Positions 33,709-42,747 of a stretch of 42,749 bases of DNA are shown here, piece after piece. Source of the DNA: a virus. Both the position numbers and the translations under genes were made by a program. Position 1 is the first letter of the stretch; the number at the start of each line of letters is the position of its first letter. The stretch lies in the IMG/VR virus record IMGVR_UViG_3300014208_000028, positions 157,123 through 199,871 of that record; one strand, given 5' to 3'. The notes under the pieces were generated by a model. It saw only the letters and a list, made by a program, of their open reading frames with translations, was not told the origin of the DNA and made no database searches.

Positions 33709-34887
33709 ATGCAGAGTTATAAATTTAGACTATATCCTACTAAAATTCAACAGGAAAAACTCAATAATATGTTTGGGTGTTCGAGGTTTGTATATAATTA
33801 TTTTCTAGATTTAAATAATAAAATATATTTAGAGGCTAAAGAAAAAGATTTAAAAAAGAAACATTTAAATTATTATGGTTGTGCTAATAAACTTACAGAG
33901 CTTAAAAAAGAAAATATTTGGTTAAAAGAGGCCAATTCCCAATCTCTCCAACAAACTCTAAAAGATTTAGATACAGCTTACAATAGATTTTTTCAGAAGA
34001 AGTCTGGTTTTCCTAATTTTAAAAGTAAGAAAAATATCCAATCTTTTAGAATTCCTCAAGATGTTAAATTAGGAGAAAATAATAAAATATTTATTCCTAA
34101 ATTTAGAGAGGGGATTAAAGTTAATATTCATAGAGAAATAGAAGGTAATATTAGATTTGCTACTATTAGTAAAACTAGAACTGGTAAGTATTATATTTCA
34201 ATTACTACTGATTTCGATGCAAAGAAAAAAAGAATTTCTGACAATCAAGTAGGCATAGATTTAGGAATTAAAGATTTCGTAACTTTATCTACTGGAGAGA
34301 AATTTAAATTAGAAGTTAAAGAAGGAAATTTAAAATATTTACATAAACAAGTTAGTAAAAAAGTTAAGGGTAGTGAAAATAGAAATAAAGCTAGAATTAA
34401 ACTAGCAAAACAGTACGAAAAAATATATAATAATAGAGAAGATTTTCAACATAAACTTTCAGATAAAATTTGTAGAGAAAATAAATTAATTGCTATAGAA
34501 AATCTTGATATAAAAAGTATGTTAAAAAATCATAATTTAGCAAAAAGTATTTCCTTTCAAGGTTGGTATTCGTTTATAGTTAAACTTGAGTATAAGTCTA
34601 AAAGATATAATGGTAAAGTCGAGAAAATCAATCGGTTTTACCCTAGTTCTAAGACTTGTAATGTTTGTGGATTTATAAATCAAGAACTTACTTTGAAAGA
34701 TAGAACTTGGATTTGTCCTAAGTGTAAAAATACTCTTGATAGAGATATCAATGCTAGTAAAAATATATTAAATCAGGTTCAACGAGAGTTGAATTTGAAA
34801 AGCTGTCGGGATGACAGTTTAAAGCCTGTGGAGCTATCATCAATAGATGAAGCTATGAAGCAGGAAACTCGGAAGAGTAGTCCATAA
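33709..34887 (+). CDS. tnpB: RNA-guided endonuclease TnpB (InsQ/OrfB type), no tnpA nearby
   Basis: YKFRLYP HTH; GIDLG, IAIENL, DRDINA; CNVC/CPKC. Confidence 0.96.
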   Translation: MQSYKFRLYPTKIQQEKLNNMFGCSRFVYNYFLDLNNKIYLEAKEKDLKKKHLNYYGCANKLTELKKENIWLKEANSQSLQQTLKDLDTAYNRFFQKKSGFPNFKSKKNIQSFRIPQDVKLGENNKIFIPKFREGIKVNIHREIEGNIRFATISKTRTGKYYISITTDFDAKKKRISDNQVGIDLGIKDFVTLSTGEKFKLEVKEGNLKYLHKQVSKKVKGSENRNKARIKLAKQYEKIYNNREDFQHKLSDKICRENKLIAIENLDIKSMLKNHNLAKSISFQGWYSFIVKLEYKSKRYNGKVEKINRFYPSSKTCNVCGFINQELTLKDRTWICPKCKNTLDRDINASKNILNQVQRELNLKSCRDDSLKPVELSSIDEAMKQETRKSSP

Positions 34888-34905
34888 CCTCCGTTGTTAT
34901 TTATT
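34795..34905 (+). ncRNA. Putative omegaRNA / right end (boundaries approximate)
   Basis: CTGTC/GACAG stem, CCTG...CAGG, GAAGCAGGAA, terminal ACTC-GGAA-GAGT then AGTCCAT; presumed guide from 34886. Confidence 0.55.
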
Positions 34906-34942
34906 TAACCGGGAGAAATAATGATTGAAAAGGAGTTAGATA

Positions 34943-35545
34943 ATGAAATATGCTTTACCTAGTATGAATAAATTTCCTTTAAATAATTTAGAAGATGCTA
35001 AATTAGCTGAGGAATATTTTATAAAAAATGAATTAGATATCCCTATCCGCTCTCGCCGCGAATTTTGTGTAAATGTGTCTAACTATAAAAAAGAGTTAGG
35101 ACTTAAAACACATGAAAAATTAGCTAGTTATGCTAAACCTAAGTTAAGTAAACAGGGCTTAAATAGTTTTATAGGTACTAGAGAATTGTATGATGAATCG
35201 GCGGCTGCTAAAGTAAATGAGATTATAAAAACTGCTGAAGCGGTAGATGATGTAATAGAAGGATTACTTAAGTTTGATGAGAGCCTCTTAATAGATAAGT
35301 TTTGGGATAATAGATTAGAGAATCCTATAATTACCGCGACTGAAGATATAGAAGAAGGGCTTAGTATGATTAAAATCGGCGGTAAAGAAATTAGTGTTAC
35401 TGATTTAATTAAACTCGCCCAAAATACGGAATTACTCTCTAAACATTTTACAGATTACTTTATATCTACTTTCTCAGTCGATCCTATAAAAGCTATCACT
35501 TTACTTTCTGATACTGAATTAGAAGTTTTAGAAAATTTAATATAA
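34943..35545 (+). CDS. Hypothetical protein, possibly head-associated
   Basis: AAGGAG RBS; first gene of portal block; repeated K(L/T)A. Confidence 0.65.
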   Translation: MKYALPSMNKFPLNNLEDAKLAEEYFIKNELDIPIRSRREFCVNVSNYKKELGLKTHEKLASYAKPKLSKQGLNSFIGTRELYDESAAAKVNEIIKTAEAVDDVIEGLLKFDESLLIDKFWDNRLENPIITATEDIEEGLSMIKIGGKEISVTDLIKLAQNTELLSKHFTDYFISTFSVDPIKAITLLSDTELEVLENLI

Positions 35546-35555
35546 GGAATTAAAT

Positions 35556-36158
35556 ATGGAACCAGCAACACTGTATTCTGCCTGTATAAAGCATTTAGGT
35601 AAAGATTTTTATCTAATGGATATTGAAACTATTAGTGATACTTTAGAAAGAAACTTAAGTGTCAGTTTAAATAAAGAACAGTTATCTATGTTAGCAGCTA
35701 TGACAGTACTTAAAGTAACTGATACTCCTTGGATAGATTATAGTACTTTTGAAAATATAGTTTGGGCCTTAAATGGATATATTCCTAATTTAAATACTAT
35801 GGTCATACCTCCTAGTTATTATACTGCTTATGGTGTATTAATTATGAAGGCCGTTGAAAAAGATAAGGAATATACGGATGATGTTAGAGGATTTATAACC
35901 GCTATTTTACTTAATGAAGGATTTGTAGTAGCTCCCTCTCCTTTAGAATTCTGTCAGGATAAATTAGATACTTTTATAGAAGATAAAGAATTACAGAATA
36001 AAGTTAAAGAAGCGTGGGCGGGAATGAAGGGTAAAGATAACAGTAATTTCGTTTTAAATACTGAAGATCCTATTAACTGTCAATTAAGTAAGTTATTAAC
36101 AGTAGATACTTATCTAGCCAGAAAAGAAACTATTTTGCGTGAGGAATTAAATAAATGA
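35556..36158 (+). CDS. Hypothetical protein
   Basis: 200-aa ORF with ATGA overlap to portal-like gene. Confidence 0.75.
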   Translation: MEPATLYSACIKHLGKDFYLMDIETISDTLERNLSVSLNKEQLSMLAAMTVLKVTDTPWIDYSTFENIVWALNGYIPNLNTMVIPPSYYTAYGVLIMKAVEKDKEYTDDVRGFITAILLNEGFVVAPSPLEFCQDKLDTFIEDKELQNKVKEAWAGMKGKDNSNFVLNTEDPINCQLSKLLTVDTYLARKETILREELNK

Positions 36159-37876
36159 GTGATGTAACTATAGGTCAGGTTCCGCCGCCGACAGCATTTT
36201 ATCCTAGCCCTTTCTTAGATATAGCTAGTACTAAAACTCCTAATAATATTAAAGATATGTTTGGGCTGGCTGAATATTATTATAGCCAGAATAAAATAGT
36301 ACACGCGGCTTTAATTAAAAAAGCAGCTTATCCAGTAACATCTATAATATATAATCATCAGAACGATTCTGTAATAGATACTTGGAAATTTATATTAGAA
36401 GATAAATTAAATTTTCCTGAATTATTAGAAGAACTTAACCTTAATTATTACGTATATGGAAATTGCTTTATAAGTATTTTTCAGCCTATTGCTAAATATA
36501 CTAAGTGTCTAGCTTGTGACGCAGAATTTAAATTTGAGCAGGGAAATACTTATCGTATAAAAAATAATAAATTAGTATTAAGAGAGTGCCCTCACTGTAA
36601 AGCTACAGATCCTGATGTTGAATTTAATGATAGGCTTGTTACAGATCTAAATCAGGTTAGAGTCCAAACATGGGACCCTAATAGAATGGGTATTAAGTAT
36701 AATAAATTAACTGGAGAATCTAGATATACTTACGATATTCCAGCTAAAGAAAGAGATGAGATTAGAAACTTAACTATGCCTTTAAAAGAGTTAGCTAAAA
36801 TACATCAGATGTATATTAATGCTGCTTTATCTGAAGATCAGGTAATAGTGTTTAAAGAAGGCACTATATTCCATTTTAAAGCCCCCTCCATTGCTGGAAT
36901 AGACCCTGGTTGGGGATATCCTATCTTACTTAGTGGAGTTAAAGATTTATATCAGCAGCAGGTGTTAAAGAAAGCTAATGAAAGTATTATGACTGGCTAT
37001 ATGACTCCTTTTAGATATTTATATCCTAGCGGAAGTAATATTGCAGGTACTGATGTTCCTTGGCAGGGTATTAATTTAAATCAATGGAAAAGTCATTTAG
37101 TTAATGAGTTGACTAAATGGAGACAAGATCCTAACTATATATCTTTACTACCGTTCCCTGCCGGACAAGGTACTTTTGGCGGCGATGGAAAAATGTTATC
37201 TACTTTTACTGAAGTAGATATAATGGATAAAAATATATTAGCCGGTTTAGGTATTCCTTTCGAAGTAATTTTCGGGGGAATGCAATGGAGTAGTACTAAT
37301 ATAAGTATGAGATTCTTAGAGAATGAATTTTTAAATATACGTAAACAAAATTTAAAAATATTAAAATTCGTCATCAAAAGAGTTTGCTCTATATTTAGAA
37401 AAGAAGAAATTGGCGTTAGCTTTACAGAATTTAGAATGGGAGATAATGAGGCTAAAAGGCAAGCATTAGTAGGTCTTTATCAACAGCAACTAATAGCTCC
37501 TAGTACTTTATTATCTGAGTTTGGAATAGATTTTGAAAAAGAAATGGAAAAGAGAATATCTGATATGTCTAAAATAGAACAGGTACAGAAAAAAGAAGCT
37601 ATGAGCCAAGCTACCTTACAGAATGAGATAAGTAAATTACAAATGGAAGCAAATGCTAGTCTAGGTATCGGACCTGACGGTCAGCCTCTTCAGCAAGTTG
37701 ATCCTGATGGCAAGCCTATGGGCGGCGCTCAAGGAGATTCTCAGGATAAACCCGCCCCTAAAAAATCGGGCGATTCTGGTAAAAACCCCAATACTAAAAT
37801 AGAGCATAGTGCTGAGAATGGAAAAACTAAGATAGAGATTAGTCAAGGAGCAGGTAAAGCTCCTAAAAAGAAATAA
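36155..37876 (+). CDS. Probable portal protein with zinc-ribbon insertion
   Basis: YYVYGNCFI, IFHFK...GWGYP, ILAGLGIP...GG, coiled-coil then low-complexity tail; CLAC/CPHC insertion. Confidence 0.65.
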   Translation: MSDVTIGQVPPPTAFYPSPFLDIASTKTPNNIKDMFGLAEYYYSQNKIVHAALIKKAAYPVTSIIYNHQNDSVIDTWKFILEDKLNFPELLEELNLNYYVYGNCFISIFQPIAKYTKCLACDAEFKFEQGNTYRIKNNKLVLRECPHCKATDPDVEFNDRLVTDLNQVRVQTWDPNRMGIKYNKLTGESRYTYDIPAKERDEIRNLTMPLKELAKIHQMYINAALSEDQVIVFKEGTIFHFKAPSIAGIDPGWGYPILLSGVKDLYQQQVLKKANESIMTGYMTPFRYLYPSGSNIAGTDVPWQGINLNQWKSHLVNELTKWRQDPNYISLLPFPAGQGTFGGDGKMLSTFTEVDIMDKNILAGLGIPFEVIFGGMQWSSTNISMRFLENEFLNIRKQNLKILKFVIKRVCSIFRKEEIGVSFTEFRMGDNEAKRQALVGLYQQQLIAPSTLLSEFGIDFEKEMEKRISDMSKIEQVQKKEAMSQATLQNEISKLQMEANASLGIGPDGQPLQQVDPDGKPMGGAQGDSQDKPAPKKSGDSGKNPNTKIEHSAENGKTKIEISQGAGKAPKKK

Positions 37877-37887
37877 AGAGGTTAATA

Positions 37888-38286
37888 ATGAATAGTTATT
37901 CTAAAAATAGATTAATAATTTTCGGTAGCGGGGATGTAGATTCTACTACTCAAGGCGCATTAACTGATATTACTATAGAAGATAATAATGAAGTTAATTC
38001 TTCTAGTTTTAGTGGATATAAAAATTATCAAGGAATACTTTATATAAGTATAGATAAAACAGGAGATCCTGATTTACCCGCACTTACTATAGAATTTAGT
38101 CCTAATCAGGGAGTAGATTGGTATGCTTTATCTGCTAATCCTTTTGCTTCTATAGGATTTGGTAAAAATGCTTATTCTTTTAATTTACCCGGTTCTTTAT
38201 TTAGATTTAAATTGGCCCCGGTAAATTGTGATAGTAGTAATACTTTAATTATAAATGCTTGGGCTATCTTAAACGAAGATAGGTAA
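37888..38286 (+). CDS. Hypothetical beta-sandwich protein (possibly virion)
   Basis: TIEFSPNQGVDWY...FRFKL; GAGG RBS. Confidence 0.55.
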   Translation: MNSYSKNRLIIFGSGDVDSTTQGALTDITIEDNNEVNSSSFSGYKNYQGILYISIDKTGDPDLPALTIEFSPNQGVDWYALSANPFASIGFGKNAYSFNLPGSLFRFKLAPVNCDSSNTLIINAWAILNEDR

Positions 38287-38290
38287 TTGA

Positions 38291-39337
38291 ATGGCTGAGT
38301 ATTCTGATAAGTTATTAGAAAAACAGGGAGTCTATATTATTACTAATACTGTAGATATGAGACTCTACCCAGGAAGTACTATAAGACCTTTTAAAGAAAG
38401 ATTTGAAGAACATAAAAATATGTTACGCAAGAATAAACATTACTGTACCCATCTACAAAATTTTGTTAATAAGTATGGAATAGATACTTTATTATTTAGG
38501 CCTTTAGAAATACTTACTCCTCTAAAAGATAAAAAACTATTTCAAAAAGAAGCATTAAAAAAAGAACAAAGATATTTAGATATTTATAAATCTACAGGAT
38601 TATTATTTAATAGTGCTGAAAATGCCCTCGCTCCTATGGAGGGAAAACACCATACTTCTCAAGCCAAAAAGAAGATATCTGAAAAAAATAAAGGTAAGAT
38701 CGTGTCTAAAGAGACAAGGATGAAAATGAGTGATGCTAAAAAAGGAACTAAAATACCTGAAACAGTTTTGTTAAAAATGAAGGAAACAAGAAAAAATAAT
38801 CCATTTCATCCGACAGATGCAATGAAAAAACATTTAAGCCTTTTACGTAAAGGAATTCCGAGATCTAAAGATGTTATAGAAAAAATGAGGCTAGGGCATA
38901 TAGGAAAGAAATTATCAGATGACCATAAACGTAAAATAAAAGAAATACATTCTAAAAAAGTTTTACAATACTCTTTAGAAGGTAAATTTTTGAGGTGTTT
39001 TAAAAGCATTGTCTCTGCCCGCGCTGAATTAGGACTAGGAACTTCACATATATCTAGTGTGTGTAGAGGGGAGAAAAAATCTGCTGGAGGATTTATGTGG
39101 AGACTATATAAAGAAGGAGAGATTATAACGGACATACCCCCTCTTAAGAAAAGACAGCACAATATTGGAAAAGTAAAAGTTGTTCAATTTGATTTAAATG
39201 ATAATTTTATTAAAAAATATTCTAGTGTAACTGAGGCAGCACAAGAAAATAATTTATTTGGGACTAGCATAACAGCTACTTGTAGAGGAAAGTATAAAAC
39301 TTGTGGAAAAAGTAAGTGGAAATATGTGGATGATTAA
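38291..39337 (+). CDS. GIY-YIG homing endonuclease with NUMOD3 and two NUMOD1 domains
   Basis: GVYII...YPGST..F.ERF.EH; GKHHT...KKIS; VLQYSLEG and VVQFDLN. Confidence 0.92.
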   Translation: MAEYSDKLLEKQGVYIITNTVDMRLYPGSTIRPFKERFEEHKNMLRKNKHYCTHLQNFVNKYGIDTLLFRPLEILTPLKDKKLFQKEALKKEQRYLDIYKSTGLLFNSAENALAPMEGKHHTSQAKKKISEKNKGKIVSKETRMKMSDAKKGTKIPETVLLKMKETRKNNPFHPTDAMKKHLSLLRKGIPRSKDVIEKMRLGHIGKKLSDDHKRKIKEIHSKKVLQYSLEGKFLRCFKSIVSARAELGLGTSHISSVCRGEKKSAGGFMWRLYKEGEIITDIPPLKKRQHNIGKVKVVQFDLNDNFIKKYSSVTEAAQENNLFGTSITATCRGKYKTCGKSKWKYVDD

Positions 39338-40718
39338 ATATTCTAAAGAGTGGGCTAAAGGAGTACCTAATCCTCCTACTAAAGAAGATATTCCTACTAT
39401 TACAAAAAGGGAGATATGGAAATTATCTCTTCAAAAACACTCTACTCCTCAAGGTAAAGAAGGAACTAGAATCCATTATGATTTACGTTTATCTCCTCCA
39501 AACTCTTCTAAAGCATATTCTTTTGCAATTCCTAAAGGACTTCCTTCTCCTTCAGAAAAAGTATTATCTGTTTATCAACCATTACATACTAGAGATTATA
39601 TGGATTGGGAAGGGAATATTCCTAAAGGAGAATACGGCGCTGGAAAAGTAGAATTAGTGATGAATGAACCTGTAGAGGTACTGAGAAGTTCTCCTGATCG
39701 CCTTATTTTCAATTCTTATAGCTCATATAGACCTCAAGAATATGCCTTAATAAAACTTAAAGATGATAATTGGATTATAATTAATAGAACTACTACTAAA
39801 AAAAGTAAAAGTATGGAGAATATATCCTTAGCTCGACCTAAATTTAAATCTACTAAATTTGAAGATTTAGATATAAATACTTCTCATGTAATGTTAGAAA
39901 AAAAAGATGGAGCATTTACTAATATAGTAATTACTAAAAAACCTAAACCTGATTTAAGATCTTTTAGCTATAGAACTAGTAAGCGTACTGGAGATTTAAT
40001 AGAATATACTCATAAGATAAAATCTTTAATGTTTTCTCGTCCTGATGCCGATCTAAAAGGGACAGTATTACAAGCAGAATTAATGGCTCGTAAAGACAAT
40101 AAATTTGCCCCGGCCAATTCTATAGGAGCTATTTTAAATAGTAATGTATTTGAGTCTAGAAAAAAGCAGGAGAGTTTAGGAGAAATAGAACCTCACGCAT
40201 TTAATATAACTAGATATAAAAATAAAGATGTTAGTAATTTATCCTTTGAAGATAAAAGAAAATTATTAGAAGAAGTGGTTAGAAAAATTCCGGCTATAAA
40301 ACTTATAGATGTCGCTAAAACCCCTAAAGAAAAATCTAAGTTAATTAGACAGATAATAGCTAAAAAAGGAGAAGGAGTTGTTTTGGTAGATCCTATATAT
40401 CCTTCTCATATGATTAAATCTAAATTAATAGATGATTATGATGTAGTAATTAAAGGATTTACTAAAGGTACTGGTAAACTTAAGGAGACGGGCATAGGAG
40501 CCATTCAATACGCCCATGAGGATAATCCTCAAGTAGTTGTTGGAAAGGTCGGTACGGGCCTAAATGATGCCTTAAGAAGGGATATGTATGAGCATCCTGA
40601 GAAATATATAGGTAATATAGCTAAAGTCCAAGCTTTAGGATTATATAAACGTAATAATAAAAAAGGAGCTTTACGTGCCCCCTCTTTTAAAAGTATGCAT
40701 TGGGAAAAGAATCAATAA
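39324..40718 (+). CDS. LigD-type 3'-phosphoesterase fused to ATP-dependent DNA ligase (start 39324 or 39330)
   Basis: PE: QKH, HYDLRL, SFAIPKGLP, H..DYMDWEG.IPKGEYGAG; ligase: EKKDG, AEL, EGVV, IKSK, GKVGTG, LRAPSF. Confidence 0.9.
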   Translation: MWMIKYSKEWAKGVPNPPTKEDIPTITKREIWKLSLQKHSTPQGKEGTRIHYDLRLSPPNSSKAYSFAIPKGLPSPSEKVLSVYQPLHTRDYMDWEGNIPKGEYGAGKVELVMNEPVEVLRSSPDRLIFNSYSSYRPQEYALIKLKDDNWIIINRTTTKKSKSMENISLARPKFKSTKFEDLDINTSHVMLEKKDGAFTNIVITKKPKPDLRSFSYRTSKRTGDLIEYTHKIKSLMFSRPDADLKGTVLQAELMARKDNKFAPANSIGAILNSNVFESRKKQESLGEIEPHAFNITRYKNKDVSNLSFEDKRKLLEEVVRKIPAIKLIDVAKTPKEKSKLIRQIIAKKGEGVVLVDPIYPSHMIKSKLIDDYDVVIKGFTKGTGKLKETGIGAIQYAHEDNPQVVVGKVGTGLNDALRRDMYEHPEKYIGNIAKVQALGLYKRNNKKGALRAPSFKSMHWEKNQ

Positions 40719-41048
40719 TTAATCCTTTAACATCTCATTTGTAAAAGATATAATATTATCTATTAAGTTTTTAGTTGTTCCTGAAGACTTATCAGCTATT
40801 TCTAATAAACTAGATTTATACAACTTATTTGTCTGTCTTAAAATTACATGTTCTTTAGTTTCCGGCCACCAAATACTCCATAATTCTGATCTCATTTGAC
40901 AACTATAGTTTGTAGTTATTCCTGAACATTTTTCTTTAGAAGAACATTTATCACATATAAGAAGCATACTTCTCTGTAATCTATCATTTACCTCTTCATA
41001 ATTACCCACCTTTTCTTTCCTTCCATATAGAAATATACAACAACACAT
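40719..41048 (-). CDS. Hypothetical Cys-rich protein (start uncertain)
   Basis: CDKCSSKEKC...C. Confidence 0.5.
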   Translation of the reverse strand: MCCCIFLYGRKEKVGNYEEVNDRLQRSMLLICDKCSSKEKCSGITTNYSCQMRSELWSIWWPETKEHVILRQTNKLYKSSLLEIADKSSGTTKNLIDNIISFTNEMLKD

Positions 41049-41181
41049 AAACGATAAATACTCCCATCCCCAACCACCATCTTATATTTGCCCATCCGCC
41101 AATAATCATGCCCCACATAATTGGATGGTCAAGGGCAAAGAACTCATACGACACTTCTCCATATTGAAACAGAAGTTTCAT
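41002..41181 (-). CDS. Small membrane protein (start re-set to MKLLFQ)
   Basis: AAGGAGG RBS and ATGA overlap at 41178-41181; hydrophobic C-half. Confidence 0.6.
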   Translation of the reverse strand: MKLLFQYGEVSYEFFALDHPIMWGMIIGGWANIRWWLGMGVFIVYVLLYISIWKERKGG

Positions 41182-41552
41182 TTTCCCTCCTTTATCGCGG
41201 CGGTGGCGGCGGAGAGGGCGGAATTGAGGCATCTCTCTTCGCCTTGGCTCGTCACCGCTATCCCCTCATAGCCATTTTCATCACTCTGTATCCCGGAGTA
41301 CCAAGGATAGTCGTTGTCGCGTCTCTTGTTTACGATGGCAGATCGGTCAACATACCGGCCAATCCACTCACAACAGTTCGCCTCCCACTCCACCCCATCC
41401 ACCACGATCACGTCGTCCGCGAGGATGGCGGCGATGGCGGATTTAATATCTTTCACCTTCGACTTGGTTCCTGACATTGGAGCCGCGCAATCGTACCCGT
41501 TATTCCACGCGTCATCCATTAAATCCATGATCCTCTCCAGCTTACTTTCCAT
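41178..41552 (-). CDS. Accessory protein, SKLE.IM / DVIVVDGV.W / SALSAATAA family
   Basis: Shares three sequence blocks with 41816..42166. Confidence 0.8.
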   Translation of the reverse strand: MESKLERIMDLMDDAWNNGYDCAAPMSGTKSKVKDIKSAIAAILADDVIVVDGVEWEANCCEWIGRYVDRSAIVNKRRDNDYPWYSGIQSDENGYEGIAVTSQGEERCLNSALSAATAAIKEGK

Positions 41553-41814
41553 CTTTGGCCTCCTTTATGGCGGCGGTGGCGGCGCATAGTTCTTTGAAGC
41601 ACTTGCGGCAGAGATACACGCCCTCGCAATCGGTGTCAGCGCACTCATCGCAGATGACCGATTCGCACCCCTCGCAGAGTAGAATCCCATACAACTCTGT
41701 TTCTACTTTGCACTGAGGGCAGATGGCATAGGCCGATCCCATCGCTTCAACCTTGTTCATCGCCACCCGGTACTCTTCCAATTTCCTCTTGATCGTCGCT
41801 GATTTTTTCAACAT
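41542..41814 (-). CDS. Cys-rich zinc-finger protein (start re-set to MLKKSA)
   Basis: AAGGAGG RBS; CPQC, CEGC, CDEC, CRKC; AATAAIKE end. Confidence 0.75.
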   Translation of the reverse strand: MLKKSATIKRKLEEYRVAMNKVEAMGSAYAICPQCKVETELYGILLCEGCESVICDECADTDCEGVYLCRKCFKELCAATAAIKEAKDGK

Positions 41815-41815
41815 G

Positions 41816-42166
41816 TCATCCTCCTTTGACGGCGGTGGTGGCGGCGGAGAGGGCGGAAGATGAATCATCAAAGGCTCCGATATATTCTTCACCATGATAT
41901 ACGTGCCATCTATGCCCGCCCTCTGTCACTACCCAATCGCCGTACTCATAATGGTCTGGTTTTCCAGGCACCCAACTCACCCCATCCACCACGATCACGT
42001 CGGGCTCCGCGAGGATGGCGGAGATTGCTTCAACCGTGGGGCATTTCCAGTCGGGGATATCTCCGGCAGACTTTTCTTTTAGCCGCTCTGCATATCCACC
42101 AGAAAATGCACAATTGGCCTCGCAGTGGCGACACACCACCTCCATTATTTGTTCCAGCTTACTCAT
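41816..42166 (-). CDS. Accessory protein, paralog of 41178..41552 (start re-set to MSKLEQ)
   Basis: AAGGAGG RBS, ATGA overlap, shared blocks. Confidence 0.78.
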   Translation of the reverse strand: MSKLEQIMEVVCRHCEANCAFSGGYAERLKEKSAGDIPDWKCPTVEAISAILAEPDVIVVDGVSWVPGKPDHYEYGDWVVTEGGHRWHVYHGEEYIGAFDDSSSALSAATTAVKGG

Positions 42167-42747
42167 CTGTCCTCCTTGATCCATCCCCGCGCCTTCGCCT
42201 CGGCCTCGGCGTAGTCGATTTTTCTAAGCCATTCGTCACCATGTACGCGCTCCTTCTGATATGACTCCCCCCAATATTCTCGCGCCTCACCTAAAGTGAA
42301 CACATGACACCCGCCTCGGAAAATAATTTTTCCATCTTTTGCCTTAGACACATAACAGCCGTATCCTCGGCTGCAAGTACCAAGATAAATCAGGTTTGCG
42401 CCACAGAGGTTCGCGTCACGGAGGTTTGCGTTATAGAGGTCCGCGCCACAGAGGTTCGCGCCACGGAGGTTCGCGCCACAGAGGTCCGCGCCACGGAGGT
42501 TTGCGTTATAGAGGTCCGCGCCACAGAGGTTCGCGCCACGGAGGTTTGCGTTATAGAGGTCCGCGCCACAGAGGTTCGCGCCACGGAGGTTTGCGTTATA
42601 GAGGTCCGCGCCACAGAGGTCCGCGTCACGGAGGTCCGCGTCACAGAGGTCCGCGCCACGGAGGTTTGCGTTATAGAGGTCCGCGCCACGGAGGTCCGCA
42701 TTGATAAAAACTCTTTCACCCTTTGCATAGGCTTCTAGTAACTGCTT
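42163..42747 (-). CDS. Pentapeptide repeat protein with C-terminal DUF5758-like domain; 5' end outside the window
   Basis: Open frame [16 protein letters not shown]-(A[D/N]Lxx)n-...[16 protein letters not shown], in frame with track ORF 42163..42351. Confidence 0.9.
   Translation of the reverse strand, partial: KQLLEAYAKGERVFINADLRGADLYNANLRGADLCDADLRDADLCGADLYNANLRGANLCGADLYNANLRGANLCGADLYNANLRGADLCGANLRGANLCGADLYNANLRDANLCGANLIYLGTCSRGYGCYVSKAKDGKIIFRGGCHVFTLGEAREYWGESYQKERVHGDEWLRKIDYAEAEAKARGWIKEDR
42391..42699. repeat. 15-bp tandem repeat, about 21 units, with 45-bp higher-order unit
   Basis: gaggt(t/c)(c/t)gcg-nnnnn units. Confidence 0.95.

Noticed and set aside
12178-34887. Cas12f or nuclease-dead TldR interpretation of the two TnpBs
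   Set aside because: No adjacent CRISPR array, and all three RuvC acidic residues are present in both proteins.
370-42264. Antisense and nested track ORFs (e.g. 370..711, 708..926, 832..1032, 1268..1474, 2219..2401, 4029..4265, 5360..5674, 17242..17433, 18236..18523, 19776..19982, 22908..23300, 24075..24362, 29771..29986, 29884..30114, 32503..32796, 32848..33069, 33457..33663, 37135..37377, 37661..37846, 38806..39162, 41121..41474, 41314..41589, 41860..42264, 41894..42082)
   Set aside because: They overlap better-supported genes or regulatory DNA and lack clear RBS or recognisable motifs.
42304-42738. ORFs 42304..42738 (+), 42396..42704 (+) and 42390..42728 (-)
   Set aside because: Shadow frames of the pentapeptide repeat gene.
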